A DNA stretch of 64,000 bases from a virus. Positions 48,341 through 58,309 of this stretch are shown piece by piece. Location of the stretch: positions 1-64,000 of IMG/VR virus record IMGVR_UViG_3300024262_000019. One strand, given 5' to 3'. Under the pieces are notes generated by a model. That model did no database searches and was not told the origin of the DNA. It was given only the letters and a program-made list of their open reading frames with translations. The first letter of the stretch is position 1, and every line of letters begins with the position of its first letter. Made by a program: the position numbers and the translations under genes.

Positions 48341-49060
48341 CTAAAGAAGTCCGGTATTTACAGTAGGAAGCCCAGACATCGCCCGCTGGACAACAGGGTC
48401 ATTCAAATCAAGCTCAGCTTCCACTCGCAGGGTAATGTTGAAGTTAGTCTCCCTACCAGCAACATCTGGCTTTGTATCCAGCGCCGATGGGCTCTCCATG
48501 AATGCCGTATAGCTACGAAGGTCGTCATTGCTGTCCTTTAGGTAGACAGTCGTATACGGAGGATATCTCTTCAGCGTATGACGAAGCATTTGCATTGCTT
48601 CTACCTTAAGATTGTTGCGATACCGCGCACGAATCTGGATTGTGTACATCAGATCGAAAGGCACCGCCTGGGCCTTGTTCTCATACTGATCGAATCCCTC
48701 GGCCATGGTGTCTCCGGTCCTTGGATTCAAAATCGTAACAGGGGAGGCGCTGGTGGCTGGAACGCGATACTGCTCATTCCCAGGATGCCACCTACTCATA
48801 GCTGGAGTTATGTCATCCCTCCTGATCACAAACGAAGGCAAGATCTTCGGATCTATCGTCTCGTCTGGGAACGCAAAGTAGATGGGAATACCCTCGAACT
48901 CAATATTCCCCGTAGGCGGAGGAGGACTTACGCCGAGTACATCCACAACATACATATCGCCAATCGTATTCACGACTCCGCCGAGAGTGGTAATCACCCC
49001 TCTGTCAAAATCTGACAGCCATACATCTCCATTGCGTTCATTTTCCTGAGAAAGAACCAT
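48341..49060 (-). CDS. tail terminator/sheath stabiliser (gp15-like)
   Basis: position before the sheath; IP..FA.P, LPSFVIRR.DI.P...R, VPFDL.Y.I.I, F.I.L.VEA.LD. Confidence 0.65.
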   Translation of the reverse strand: MVLSQENERNGDVWLSDFDRGVITTLGGVVNTIGDMYVVDVLGVSPPPPTGNIEFEGIPIYFAFPDETIDPKILPSFVIRRDDITPAMSRWHPGNEQYRVPATSASPVTILNPRTGDTMAEGFDQYENKAQAVPFDLMYTIQIRARYRNNLKVEAMQMLRHTLKRYPPYTTVYLKDSNDDLRSYTAFMESPSALDTKPDVAGRETNFNITLRVEAELDLNDPVVQRAMSGLPTVNTGLL

Positions 49061-49899
49061 TAGCGACCTAGCCTATTCTGGAAACCAGCAAATTTTGAAG
49101 CCTGTCCAGAAGATATCTTATCCAGTTTAGGCGGGAAGCTCTTGTACCGTTTTGAATTTGGATTAGTCATGGTCTGCCCAATGATCTTCTCACTGATTGC
49201 CATCCTGCCTATGCTACTGCTGATCGACTTAATCATCCTCCTGAACACCGGCTTCGACTTTCCACTCCCACCGCCAAACTCCATCTCTAGAGCCTGCATG
49301 GCAACGTCGGGTATCGCCTTGCTCCTCCTTGTCACCTTGCCAGGATCTCCAGGCTTGCCCTTCTTTATCTTCCTGCCCATCTCGCGAAGCTCGGACCTGA
49401 TTCCCGCAATCTTCCCACTCTGCATCTTGGCAACCTTGTCGGCTTCCTTCTTCGTCACCTTGCGCTGGATAACGGTAGCCTCCTTCTTTGTTGGCCAAAA
49501 AGGAATCGTGTCAGCTGTCCATGGCCCCTTGTCCTCTAGAATCTGTACAGCAGGATCTGGCCTAACGAGACGCTTCTTGGCTCGCACATAGAGCACGGTC
49601 TTGGGAACATCGAGCTTACGTATCCGCTTGGATTTTGTTGGGGCATATATCGCATACCCAGCTCGGTTTTTGCCGCCAACGCCAATCTCAACTAGCTGTA
49701 AAGACTCCTTTAGATCTGCATAGTCAGACCCACCAGGAATCTCGTCTTTGATCATATCAAAGGCATTTTTAGCAGCGAGATAGCTCACGATTTTATGAAG
49801 AGCTTCCGCCCTCTCGGTAAGCTCCTTGGTCACCAACCTCCAGTTGTTTATGGTGCTTGGTGACTTCTGGATATCTACAAATCTGCCGCCCTTGGGCAT
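49060..49899 (-). CDS. basic protein, possible tail completion/neck-associated protein
   Basis: 279 aa Lys/Arg-rich; A..MEFG.....PVFR motif resembles tail-completion proteins. Confidence 0.5.
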   Translation of the reverse strand: MPKGGRFVDIQKSPSTINNWRLVTKELTERAEALHKIVSYLAAKNAFDMIKDEIPGGSDYADLKESLQLVEIGVGGKNRAGYAIYAPTKSKRIRKLDVPKTVLYVRAKKRLVRPDPAVQILEDKGPWTADTIPFWPTKKEATVIQRKVTKKEADKVAKMQSGKIAGIRSELREMGRKIKKGKPGDPGKVTRRSKAIPDVAMQALEMEFGGGSGKSKPVFRRMIKSISSSIGRMAISEKIIGQTMTNPNSKRYKSFPPKLDKISSGQASKFAGFQNRLGR

Positions 49900-49900
49900 G

Positions 49901-50314
49901 TTAACCCCTGAACCGAATCACTGGCTTATCGGGAGGGTCATCCTCTCTAATCTCGGAATCGCCATCCTTGGAGAGTAGGACTAGATTCGGAGCCTGCTTA
50001 CCCTCTGGCTTCAATTTTTTCATCAGCTCAATATGCTCAACGCAGACGCCTATGACACGAGGATGTTCACTCACTCTGATCGCATGAGTGGCCTTGTTTC
50101 CGCACCGAAAACAGAACTGATCGAACTGGGTCATCGGACCCTTGTACTCATGGAAGGCACCTCCAGCGATCGGACCTCCGCACCCGTCAACGGCAAGACA
50201 CCTGCCATCTGGAACACCCCTATCCCTGGCATTCCAATAGTTCTCACATGTAGCGCAAACCACATTGAGGCCATCGCCGATGGCTGCAGCTATCTTCATT
50301 TGATCCAATGGCAC
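49901..50314 (-). CDS. Cys-rich putative Zn-binding protein
   Basis: CATC, C....C, CFRCG, C..H in 137 aa. Confidence 0.6.
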   Translation of the reverse strand: MPLDQMKIAAAIGDGLNVVCATCENYWNARDRGVPDGRCLAVDGCGGPIAGGAFHEYKGPMTQFDQFCFRCGNKATHAIRVSEHPRVIGVCVEHIELMKKLKPEGKQAPNLVLLSKDGDSEIREDDPPDKPVIRFRG

Positions 50315-52515
50315 TAGCTATACCTAGCCTTCTCCCTGTGCATATCCCGATATGTGTTCAAGAACATGCCCTCTGGGGCAACTCCGGCGGTAGCAGCTGC
50401 TGAGCGCATTGCTCCTAGGACATTCTTAACATCGGACAGCCTAGATGCTCGCTCCCTGTCAATGACACTTGGATCTGCAAACATCCTGGTAGTCATAATC
50501 TCCCTATCCTGGTCTGGGGAATCAGTGCTACATGCATGCGGCGTCATATAGCTCTTAGCCAGCCCTGGGCCTTCGCTGGGGTTGCCAGCTGGACCGTAAA
50601 CCGTCCTACCCAGATCTGGATATGCATCCTCCACACACATGGCGACGTCGTCGCTGGCTGCCTGTAAAGCCCTGTACGAATACCCAATAAGCGCCGGGAC
50701 TACTCCCTCATCCATCGACAGATTGGCAAGAAGAGAGAATGATTCCTTCGTCAGTGCCGATGGCATCGAGACACGGGATTCAACCCCCCGCCAGGCATGG
50801 AAGAAATCACCAGCGCCATTCTGGTACGCAGAAACGAGAGATTGTGACTCCTCGACAGGAAGCATTGCGATGCTTGCCAACTGGCAAACCTCATCCCAAT
50901 CCAATTGAGACAGAGCCTCGATAACCGCCTGACCTACCAGGTCGCTCGCCTCAAACCTGGAAAATACATCGAACGGATCTTCCGTTCTGTATGAGGACTC
51001 GCCATCGAGAACATCTCGCATCTCCGACAGCAGGGACCCACTTCTGGCAACCGACTCACCTACGCTGGCAGTTCCAGCTGGACCTTTCTCACGCTTTGGA
51101 GCGGCATCCGCCTTGGCCTTCTGATCTGCAATACCAGGTCTATTAGCCATGAACTTCTTGTGAAACCCAGACAGAGCCTGCCCAATTCGATGCAAAACTC
51201 CACGCTTTTTAGGAGCTGAATCATCAGCTGCGGATTTAGCTGCACTCGGAGCTGCTGCCCTAGCTGCGCTTGGAGCTGCCTGAGCATTATCAGAGCCACC
51301 CTTGGCGCGACCATGGAGATACCCAGCACCCTGAGCAGCATGGCCAACGGCAGCTCCTGCTAGTTTAAATGGAGCAGCGGCAGCTTTACCCATAAGGCCA
51401 AGGGCCTTCTTGCCCATCTCCTTCCGGCTAGCACTTTTAGCGCTCTTATCCGCCTGGCTGACTGCCTGCTTCTTAGCCTGCAATTTCATCTTGGCGTCGT
51501 GAGCCTCCTTGCTGCCATGAGTCGCCAGCATCCCAGAGAAGCCAGTGGACTTGGCTGCTGCAGCCTTCTTGGCAAGTGGATCTACTCCGGCAACATCCTT
51601 AGCGTGCATCTTAGCCTGCCTTCTGGCAGCCTTGTCTAAGCCAGTCCTAGCCTTATCACTGGCCTTGCCAACCGTCTGCTTACGCAAACGTGACGCACCC
51701 CTGGCCATGGCCTTATCCATCCTGGCCACACCTTGCTTACGTACATCTGACTTCTGCTTCAACAGGGAAGCACCCTTGGATAAAGATTGATCCATCCTCG
51801 ACGATCCCTGTTGCTGAGCAAGAACCTTGCTAGCACTAGGGAATTTGCTCATATCTACTTTTTCAAAGTGATACTGCACGTCCTCTGACATCGGTCTGTC
51901 TGGGTAGCAAAGAGCCTCAAGAACTTCCTCTGCAAGACCGTCTGGACCGTTCTCAACCAGATCTCCTAGGTAAGCAAACCCTTCAGGTCCGACCCACTCA
52001 TAAAATTCGGCAATGTCCATAAAGTCATCAGGGCTAATGACTGCAAGATGCTCAAGGGCAATGTCGTATTCGGAGTCCGTAGAACCCATGTATTCGCTGG
52101 CGATATACGAAGCTATAAAATCATCTTCGTTCAATATCTCCGGCTCATCAAATCTGAATGGTGCTGGATAGCTCTCACTAACGATGCCAACCAACTCTTC
52201 GATCAAGGCGCTAGACCTGCCGTACAGAGTGCTCTCGTCGAACGTTGGAGTTAGTCCATAGACATTGCGAAGCACCATAGCCACGTCTGGAGCTAGGCCA
52301 GCGGATAGCCCCATCGACTCAAGGTACCCAACGATGACCTTCTTAGGAATACAGTCCGACTTACGCAGACCTGACTCTTTAACGATCATCTTCGCAACTT
52401 CATCCGGAATATATCCAGCGCCAGGTGATACCTGACCCGATGGATCAAACTGACTTACGTTTGGGTTTCCAAGAAAAAGTGCCTGGCCGGGGCCGCTCAT
52501 CATCCAAGTAGACAT
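50314..52515 (-). CDS. large hypothetical protein, possible internal head protein
   Basis: AGGAG RBS 8 nt before ATG 52515; acidic N- and C-terminal regions flank a Lys/Ala-rich basic middle. Confidence 0.6.
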   Translation of the reverse strand: MSTWMMSGPGQALFLGNPNVSQFDPSGQVSPGAGYIPDEVAKMIVKESGLRKSDCIPKKVIVGYLESMGLSAGLAPDVAMVLRNVYGLTPTFDESTLYGRSSALIEELVGIVSESYPAPFRFDEPEILNEDDFIASYIASEYMGSTDSEYDIALEHLAVISPDDFMDIAEFYEWVGPEGFAYLGDLVENGPDGLAEEVLEALCYPDRPMSEDVQYHFEKVDMSKFPSASKVLAQQQGSSRMDQSLSKGASLLKQKSDVRKQGVARMDKAMARGASRLRKQTVGKASDKARTGLDKAARRQAKMHAKDVAGVDPLAKKAAAAKSTGFSGMLATHGSKEAHDAKMKLQAKKQAVSQADKSAKSASRKEMGKKALGLMGKAAAAPFKLAGAAVGHAAQGAGYLHGRAKGGSDNAQAAPSAARAAAPSAAKSAADDSAPKKRGVLHRIGQALSGFHKKFMANRPGIADQKAKADAAPKREKGPAGTASVGESVARSGSLLSEMRDVLDGESSYRTEDPFDVFSRFEASDLVGQAVIEALSQLDWDEVCQLASIAMLPVEESQSLVSAYQNGAGDFFHAWRGVESRVSMPSALTKESFSLLANLSMDEGVVPALIGYSYRALQAASDDVAMCVEDAYPDLGRTVYGPAGNPSEGPGLAKSYMTPHACSTDSPDQDREIMTTRMFADPSVIDRERASRLSDVKNVLGAMRSAAATAGVAPEGMFLNTYRDMHREKARYS

Positions 52516-52526
52516 AACCATATCTC

Positions 52527-53273
52527 CTATGGCGGGGTTATCCGCCCTGTATCCTGCAGAGATCTGAATTTCCATCCCTGCTCACTTAGCGTCTCAATTT
52601 GATGACAATTTGCACATAGAACTGCACACTTGCCTATCTCATCCTCGATAACTGACAATGGTCTTTTTCTGTTTACCAGGAAAGCTATCGCACCAACCTT
52701 TCCATCGCCGTGAAGATGGTGAAATTCCAACATAGTTGGATCTGACTCTCCGCAGGATATGCATGGATTGCTGGATAAATATTCAATGACGTGCCTCTGA
52801 CCTACTCTTGTCGGAGGTATCTCGGAAACCTTGTAGTTATTGGACCTGATTGCAGTTCTTCTTCTGTGGCAATTTCTACAAACTACTTCACATTTTTCCA
52901 TTTCAATGGAAATAGCATCCCATGACCTTGAAAAAGCACCCCTGCCAATGCCAAACCTCTTATCCCTCAAATGATCAAACTCCAAAACACGAAAGTCATC
53001 GCGTCCACAGTCAACACATGAACTACACTTCAGTATCTCAATTATCTTTATCGATTTAGCATTCTTATACTTGGTAGTTCTTGAGCACACGTCGGAGCTA
53101 TGCCTCGTATACCTGCGACGATTGCTAGAATTCCTGCAATCTTTGCAGTGAGAAGCTCTTCCACTTCCATCTGGCCTACGATGAAAACAATCGATATCCA
53201 GCTCCAGCTCACACTTCGTGCAAGTCTTGGCCACAACCAAACCGCCGTCATTCAGTGCAATCCTACGCTTCAT
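52527..53273 (-). mobile_element. free-standing HNH endonuclease with two HNH domains
   Basis: N-terminal CTKC..F...CKDC finger; C..CG.....LEFDH....KC.VVC.NCH and C..CG.....LEFHH....KC.VLCANCH. Confidence 0.88.
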
Positions 53274-53773
53274 GGGATTTGAATCCGCCGCTCCGCTCCG
53301 AACTGAGAGCGCCTTTTCAGAGTCAATTTAAACTGCGTAAATGTTGGAGAGTCATTGATGTGGCCATCGTGCTCTGCCTTGATAACATCAAAAAACATAC
53401 CCTTACCCATCGACCATCTGTCGTGATACGGCGTTCGCCACATCTCAATGATGTCGGTCTCGGATGGGTACGGAAGATTCTTCTCATCCATGGAAGCTCG
53501 GCTTATTATTGCCTGCGCATCCCAGTCCCTGCCAAAACCATACTCTTCGGCGAGAGGCTGGTACTGAGGGTACTTAACAAGGGCGCCAACGCGATGTGGA
53601 CCGTCGAAGATTCTCTCCGTAGGCTCACCGTAGAGCGGATCAACTCTCTGCCTATTCCTTATACTGGTGGCATCGAGGGCGTAGTAGTTGATCTCAACGC
53701 CAGCAAGATCAATCAAGTCTTGATTGATGCAGTCGAATAAATCGACTTCGCTATCGTCGAGAACCTTGCCCAC
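53270..53773 (-). CDS. neck/head-closure protein (T4 gp14-like)
   Basis: LI...G..I.YY, DPLYGE....F.GP, FG......A..I, P.E.DI; lies in the neck cluster. Confidence 0.7.
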   Translation of the reverse strand: MGKVLDDSEVDLFDCINQDLIDLAGVEINYYALDATSIRNRQRVDPLYGEPTERIFDGPHRVGALVKYPQYQPLAEEYGFGRDWDAQAIISRASMDEKNLPYPSETDIIEMWRTPYHDRWSMGKGMFFDVIKAEHDGHINDSPTFTQFKLTLKRRSQFGAERRIQIP

Positions 53774-54396
53774 TACTTCTTCCTGGCGGCCACTACGGCC
53801 TTCTCAAATTTGGAGACCTTGGCATCATGATCTTTCGACTTAGCCTTGGCGCCAGATATGCCTCGACCCTTCTTGGTCATCTCGGCAGTACCCTTTTTGA
53901 TCCTTCCAGACTTCTGTAGGCTAGCTCGACATATGGCATATGCTCGACTGAGCTTATTACTGCTACCACTCACCGGGTTACCGCTCTGATCCTTAGCAGC
54001 CCTACCCATGACATCCGAAATGCACCGCTTCTCCAGTTCAGAGGTATCCTCGTGGAGAGACATCACATCCTTGACAGATATAAGACCTTCGGAGGCATAA
54101 TATTTCCTCTCCATCTCCTTAGCCTTTGGCGTAGTCATCTTTGGCTTATCAACGTTACGCCCTGCATCGCCATGTCTCTTTCGAGATTTTATCAACCCAA
54201 CAGTAGATGTTGGATTTGGCTTGTAATCGACACCTCGCTTACGAAGTCGATCGGACTTTTCTGTCTCCGACTTCTTAATCGACGCTTTTCGATCTGCTCT
54301 AGCCTGCAGCTCATCCTCTGGCTGCCGTCTCAGCTTGTAAGCCTGGTCGAAGCTGATACGTGGTTTGCTTTTCCGCTTTTCAATTATGTAAGGCAT
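53773..54396 (-). CDS. highly basic hypothetical protein
   Basis: 207 aa Lys/Arg-rich; LEKRCI.DV and AYAIC.ASL motifs. Confidence 0.6.
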   Translation of the reverse strand: MPYIIEKRKSKPRISFDQAYKLRRQPEDELQARADRKASIKKSETEKSDRLRKRGVDYKPNPTSTVGLIKSRKRHGDAGRNVDKPKMTTPKAKEMERKYYASEGLISVKDVMSLHEDTSELEKRCISDVMGRAAKDQSGNPVSGSSNKLSRAYAICRASLQKSGRIKKGTAEMTKKGRGISGAKAKSKDHDAKVSKFEKAVVAARKK

Positions 54397-54401
54397 GACT
54401 A

Positions 54402-55136
54402 TTACTGAGCAAAGAATGGCATTGGCATCGCGCTACCGTAGATCTCTTCTTCTAGCTTTGCCATCTCTTTTTCAGCCTGCGCCAATAGGGCTGGACCATT
54501 CAATTGGACCTGCCCCTGGGCCGTAGGCCACGAAGAGTATTTACTGTAGATATTGCCAAGATCTTCCTTAGCATAGGCGAGAGCATACCTCTTAACCAGA
54601 TCATGGTCACGCTCTGGAAGCTGCTCTATCGTATTGCAGGTACTCTTGTATTCAACATACGCCTTGCCGCCGCCCTTGGGATTTGGAAGCAACAGAAGGA
54701 TGTTTTTATATGGGAAGTACATCCAGTTCCTCTCGGAATTGATGATGCGCTTAGCCATGTCCACATACTGAAGCGACTGCACCAAGGAGCTGTAGAGTCC
54801 AGCTGAGCTTGGTGCAGCGAATGCGTTATATGGGACCTTCTCGTCCGCGATGATGTGCGGCGCAAAGATCAACGATATGTCCAACGGGCTAACCTGAAAG
54901 GACACATCGATGACCGCATCGCAGTCTTCTGGCATGAGGTACTCGACCTGTCCAGAATACAGATCGAGCGTCAGATCTCTCTCTACGCCCTTCTTGGCAG
55001 CGAACCAACGCTTAGCCTCATGGACGGCGTCTTCGATATGAAGCTCGTCGAGGCAAACCTTAGCTATCGGACTCCCCAGACGACGAAGAATCCAAGCCTT
55101 CACCTCCGCCTCCGTCATTAGCCGTTCGCATGCCAT
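54402..55136 (-). CDS. neck/head-tail adaptor (T4 gp13-like)
   Basis: WILRRLG.P...V.LDE..IED.V..A, VKRYALA.AK..LG...SKY...P...G.V.LNG..L..A..E...LEE. Confidence 0.85.
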   Translation of the reverse strand: MACERLMTEAEVKAWILRRLGSPIAKVCLDELHIEDAVHEAKRWFAAKKGVERDLTLDLYSGQVEYLMPEDCDAVIDVSFQVSPLDISLIFAPHIIADEKVPYNAFAAPSSAGLYSSLVQSLQYVDMAKRIINSERNWMYFPYKNILLLLPNPKGGGKAYVEYKSTCNTIEQLPERDHDLVKRYALAYAKEDLGNIYSKYSSWPTAQGQVQLNGPALLAQAEKEMAKLEEEIYGSAMPMPFFAQ

Positions 55137-55476
55137 CTTCTACCTCTTCCTTTTTGTTCTTCTTAGAGCGTTTGCTCTTTGACTTGGAAGCTGGTTCAAG
55201 ATCTGGAGCCGTTTCCATAACAAGTTCTGGCTCCGCTGGAATCTCAATTTCAGCCACTTTCGCTGGAATCTCGACTGCAACAGCCATCTCCGCTGGAGAC
55301 TCCTGCTTATCCTGAGTAACGCTTCCGCCAGTCTCAACTATGAAACCAAGCGCCATCAGTGGGGCCCAATTATTGGCCGCATCATCCTCAACTACTTCGC
55401 CTTCGCCAAGGTAACGACCAGACTGGTCTGGATATGCGACGGGACCGCAGTTGTCTACTTTTTTGTATTTAGCCAT
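55060..55476 (-). CDS. hypothetical protein
   Basis: 138 aa, GAGG RBS; small N-terminal domain plus acidic/basic tail; overlaps the neck gene by 77 nt. Confidence 0.55.
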   Translation of the reverse strand: MAKYKKVDNCGPVAYPDQSGRYLGEGEVVEDDAANNWAPLMALGFIVETGGSVTQDKQESPAEMAVAVEIPAKVAEIEIPAEPELVMETAPDLEPASKSKSKRSKKNKKEEVEDGMRTANDGGGGEGLDSSSSGESDS

Positions 55477-55477
55477 T

Positions 55478-55756
55478 TCATTCCTCTATCCCAAGGATAC
55501 GAAGGTCTGTCTCCATCTGGAGAAGCCTATCATCCGTTTCCCTTGAAGTGTTGCGGATCTCTTGTACCAAACTACTCATCTTATCCGCCATTCTTGATAT
55601 CTCAACAATGGTTTGTCGATGTCTGGCAACCTCTTCGTAGGCAGGCTCATGGCCGTTCGATCCGTTTCCATTAGGATATTCGCCGTATTCATCATCGGCA
55701 TCCTCCCCTATTCCAAGGGTTTTCATCTCTGCGATCACATCAGCTGGAACGGCCAT
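55478..55756 (-). CDS. hypothetical coiled-coil protein
   Basis: 92 aa, GAGGAGGT RBS. Confidence 0.65.
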   Translation of the reverse strand: MAVPADVIAEMKTLGIGEDADDEYGEYPNGNGSNGHEPAYEEVARHRQTIVEISRMADKMSSLVQEIRNTSRETDDRLLQMETDLRILGIEE

Positions 55757-55857
55757 GTTACCTCCTCAGACAACTATCAAAAAATTATCACAGTTGCCGA
55801 ATTACCTCTACCAAGTCTAGATCCATATCCAGTGGTAACCATCGCATATTCAGCACA

Positions 55858-56694
55858 TTACTTCATCAATCCAGCTCGACGACGTGTACGTTTGTAACAC
55901 TTGAGGCACTCGCCTTTGGCCACCACCTCTCGCCCACAGGCACATGCAGCCTTTGGGCTCTCAGTCCTCCGCCTTGACCACCAGCAAGTACGACACATCT
56001 CCTCCGTCCAGACATCCCCGCCGCAGCGGCAGCTTCCATCTGGACGTGAATCAACGTATTCCCGGTAAACCTGATACCGCTCCTCGCCGCGAATATGAGC
56101 CGGAGCATCGCCGTAAAGGTAGTCGCAAACCAGAACTGCTGGGGCGCCTGTGTGCTTGAAGGAATGCCAAGTGCACAATTCACCGGACATCACTCTTTCG
56201 TGATTGACCAGCTGACTGTGATTGACACCAGATCCAGCGACCAGCTCTTGATGAACCCTATCAGCGAACTCCTTGTTCTTGGCCGTGAACAGAACTCGCA
56301 ATGTATCATTGCCCTGCTTCAGCCTTCGCTTCTCAATCTTAACACTCCCATCAGAATCCCATAACCCGCGCAGGAAGTGCCCATGGAGATCAATAGGAAG
56401 GAAGCTAGGCCACTCTAGGTCTGTGGATTTCTTTCCGATGATGCCCTTCTCGGCAAACCAATCAACCAGCCTGGATGAATCTACATAGACCGACAGGCAG
56501 TTCTTCTTCACCTGAAATCCAGCGTCCGGACAAATCAGTTCCCGCCACTTCAGGGCTGTGTCTTCGTTGCACACAAGCGTCACCCGATGGTTACCGCCGG
56601 CCCGGTAGACGTTCCCGTCGCCATACACAAGCCCAAGCCACCAGGCTAACTCAGGAGTCCATCTGTCCAGGAAATCCCATCTAATGTCTTTCAT
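55858..56694 (-). mobile_element. free-standing LAGLIDADG homing endonuclease with C-terminal Cys fingers
   Basis: LAWWLGLVYGDG and HFLRGLWDSDG; two C.CG......C..C units; directly downstream of the capsid gene terminator. Confidence 0.85.
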
Positions 56695-56700
56695 GAAACC

Positions 56701-56729
56701 ATAATATATTCCTAGAAATACATGGTCAA
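56701..56729 (-). promoter_or_regulatory. sigma70-like promoter for the endonuclease gene (probably leaderless)
   Basis: TTGACC-17 nt-TATTAT with ATG 56694 six nt downstream and no SD. Confidence 0.65.
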
Positions 56730-56733
56730 CATC

Positions 56734-56770
56734 AAAGAAAAAAGGCTTCTGGATTTCTCCAGAAGCCTTT
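56734..56770 (-). terminator. intrinsic terminator after the major capsid gene
   Basis: AAAGGCTTCTGGA-GAAA-TCCAGAAGCCTTT perfect 13-bp inverted repeat running into a T tract. Confidence 0.9.
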
Positions 56771-56794
56771 CATCTAGCTTATATCGTTAGTCTT

Positions 56795-58279
56795 TTATAG
56801 ACCAGTGAAGCTAACACGTCCATAATATTCTGACCTCAAGACCTTTTTTCCGTACCGAGTACGGAGACCTTTACGGAACGAAAAGTCCGCAGGGTCAAGG
56901 AAGGTAGGTGTCACCTGGAGTGGGATGTATGGAGCCCATACAAATCCAGCATCCAAGAAACTCGCACCCTTGAGGCCGATAAGCATCTTGTCCGACTCGA
57001 AGAACGGATCTTCGTAGACAACCCACTTATTCATCAGGGTACCCACTTTGTAGATACCGAACTGACCATGCTGCGTCAAAGGACGTGGCATGTCTGCTGG
57101 GCCGTATGGGCTTGCGCCGCCGGATACCCAGAGAGGGCGGAAGTCACCGTGCGTGGTGAGCTGAGCAATCCTCGCCGAGATCTCAGGAGAGGTCACGATG
57201 AAGTTAGCTGGAGCACGGAGCGTGTCCTTGTGGATAAGGTTCGAGACCTTGCTGATCGTGGTGATCATCGAGCGAAGGTGATCGATCTCGCTGATTCCAG
57301 CAGGCGGAGTCAAAGAGAACGTATCAGTTCGACCAGATGCCGAAGTCACGAACAGGTCATTGATGATCTCGCGATCGATCTCAAGAGCGATCTCCTGAGC
57401 GATACCCGAGACAAGCTCAGTCTCAGCGTCAAGGCCGTGGAAGGCCCGAAGGTCCTCTGCAGCTTCCGACGACCAAAGAGCCTTGAGGCGACGTGGAATC
57501 GCTTCGATGGGCTGCCTGGTGATGTCCAGGTTGACCTGAGGGATCTTGGTGTTCAGTTCGCCATCGTAGAAGTACCGAGCAACAATCTTGTTGCCAGTAG
57601 CAGGTGCGGCAGTGAATTTGAACGCGGTGACCGCGCCAGAGCCATAGTTGACTGCACCAGCAGCAACGTTTCCGGTGAAACCACCTGATCCGTTATCTGT
57701 GGCCGTCTGAATGGTGGTTCCAGTGGAATCTACGTCCAGAATCTGGAGGGAGAAGCCAAGGTCAGCATTCAAGGGACGGATTGGAGTCCAGGCAAGGACC
57801 GAAGCCATTGCCCCTCCAGCACCACCAAAGGCAGCACCATCACCGGTTCCAAGAGCCTCGTCACGAACGAACTCAGAAGAGTAGTCGCGATCGAAATCTC
57901 GTGGGAAGATGGCACCAGCTTGGGTCGCACCCTTGTTGGATCCATACTTGTAATCAAAGAAGAACACTGCACCAACTGGAGCTGTCATCGGCTGAACCGA
58001 CACAATCTCGTTGGCAATCAGGTTCGGGAAGACGCGCCGTAGCACTGGGAAGATGAACTTGGTGAAGGAACCAACGTTGATCGTTTTGGTCTCCTCTTCC
58101 AGGCCCTGTAACCACTGCGACTCATTTTCCATGAGCATAGCAGTGACACCCCGAGTGTATGGGTTGTCGATACCTTCGAGTAGCTCGCCCCACTTACCGA
58201 TAAGAGATTGAATAAACCCCTTGTCAGCAATGCTTCGACGGGACTCGTTCAAAACTAGTTGTCTCGCTTCCATCTTCAT
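56795..58279 (-). CDS. major capsid protein (T4 gp23-like)
   Basis: KW..LLEG, TA.L.EN, P..RRV.PNLIA.EIVSVQPM..P.G.VF, RRLKA.WS.E...DL.AFHGLDAE.EL......EI.LEIDREII, APYIPL, DP..F..RKG..TRY. Confidence 0.97.
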   Translation of the reverse strand: MKMEARQLVLNESRRSIADKGFIQSLIGKWGELLEGIDNPYTRGVTAMLMENESQWLQGLEEETKTINVGSFTKFIFPVLRRVFPNLIANEIVSVQPMTAPVGAVFFFDYKYGSNKGATQAGAIFPRDFDRDYSSEFVRDEALGTGDGAAFGGAGGAMASVLAWTPIRPLNADLGFSLQILDVDSTGTTIQTATDNGSGGFTGNVAAGAVNYGSGAVTAFKFTAAPATGNKIVARYFYDGELNTKIPQVNLDITRQPIEAIPRRLKALWSSEAAEDLRAFHGLDAETELVSGIAQEIALEIDREIINDLFVTSASGRTDTFSLTPPAGISEIDHLRSMITTISKVSNLIHKDTLRAPANFIVTSPEISARIAQLTTHGDFRPLWVSGGASPYGPADMPRPLTQHGQFGIYKVGTLMNKWVVYEDPFFESDKMLIGLKGASFLDAGFVWAPYIPLQVTPTFLDPADFSFRKGLRTRYGKKVLRSEYYGRVSFTGL

Positions 58280-58309
58280 ATCCTCCGTTACTGTCTATAT
58301 CCGTTGTTG

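Noticed and set aside
56843-56849. A AAA AAG slippery heptamer near the 3' end of the capsid gene
   Set aside because: The -1 frame stops after about 10 codons and would truncate the conserved C-terminus; no extension domain is available.
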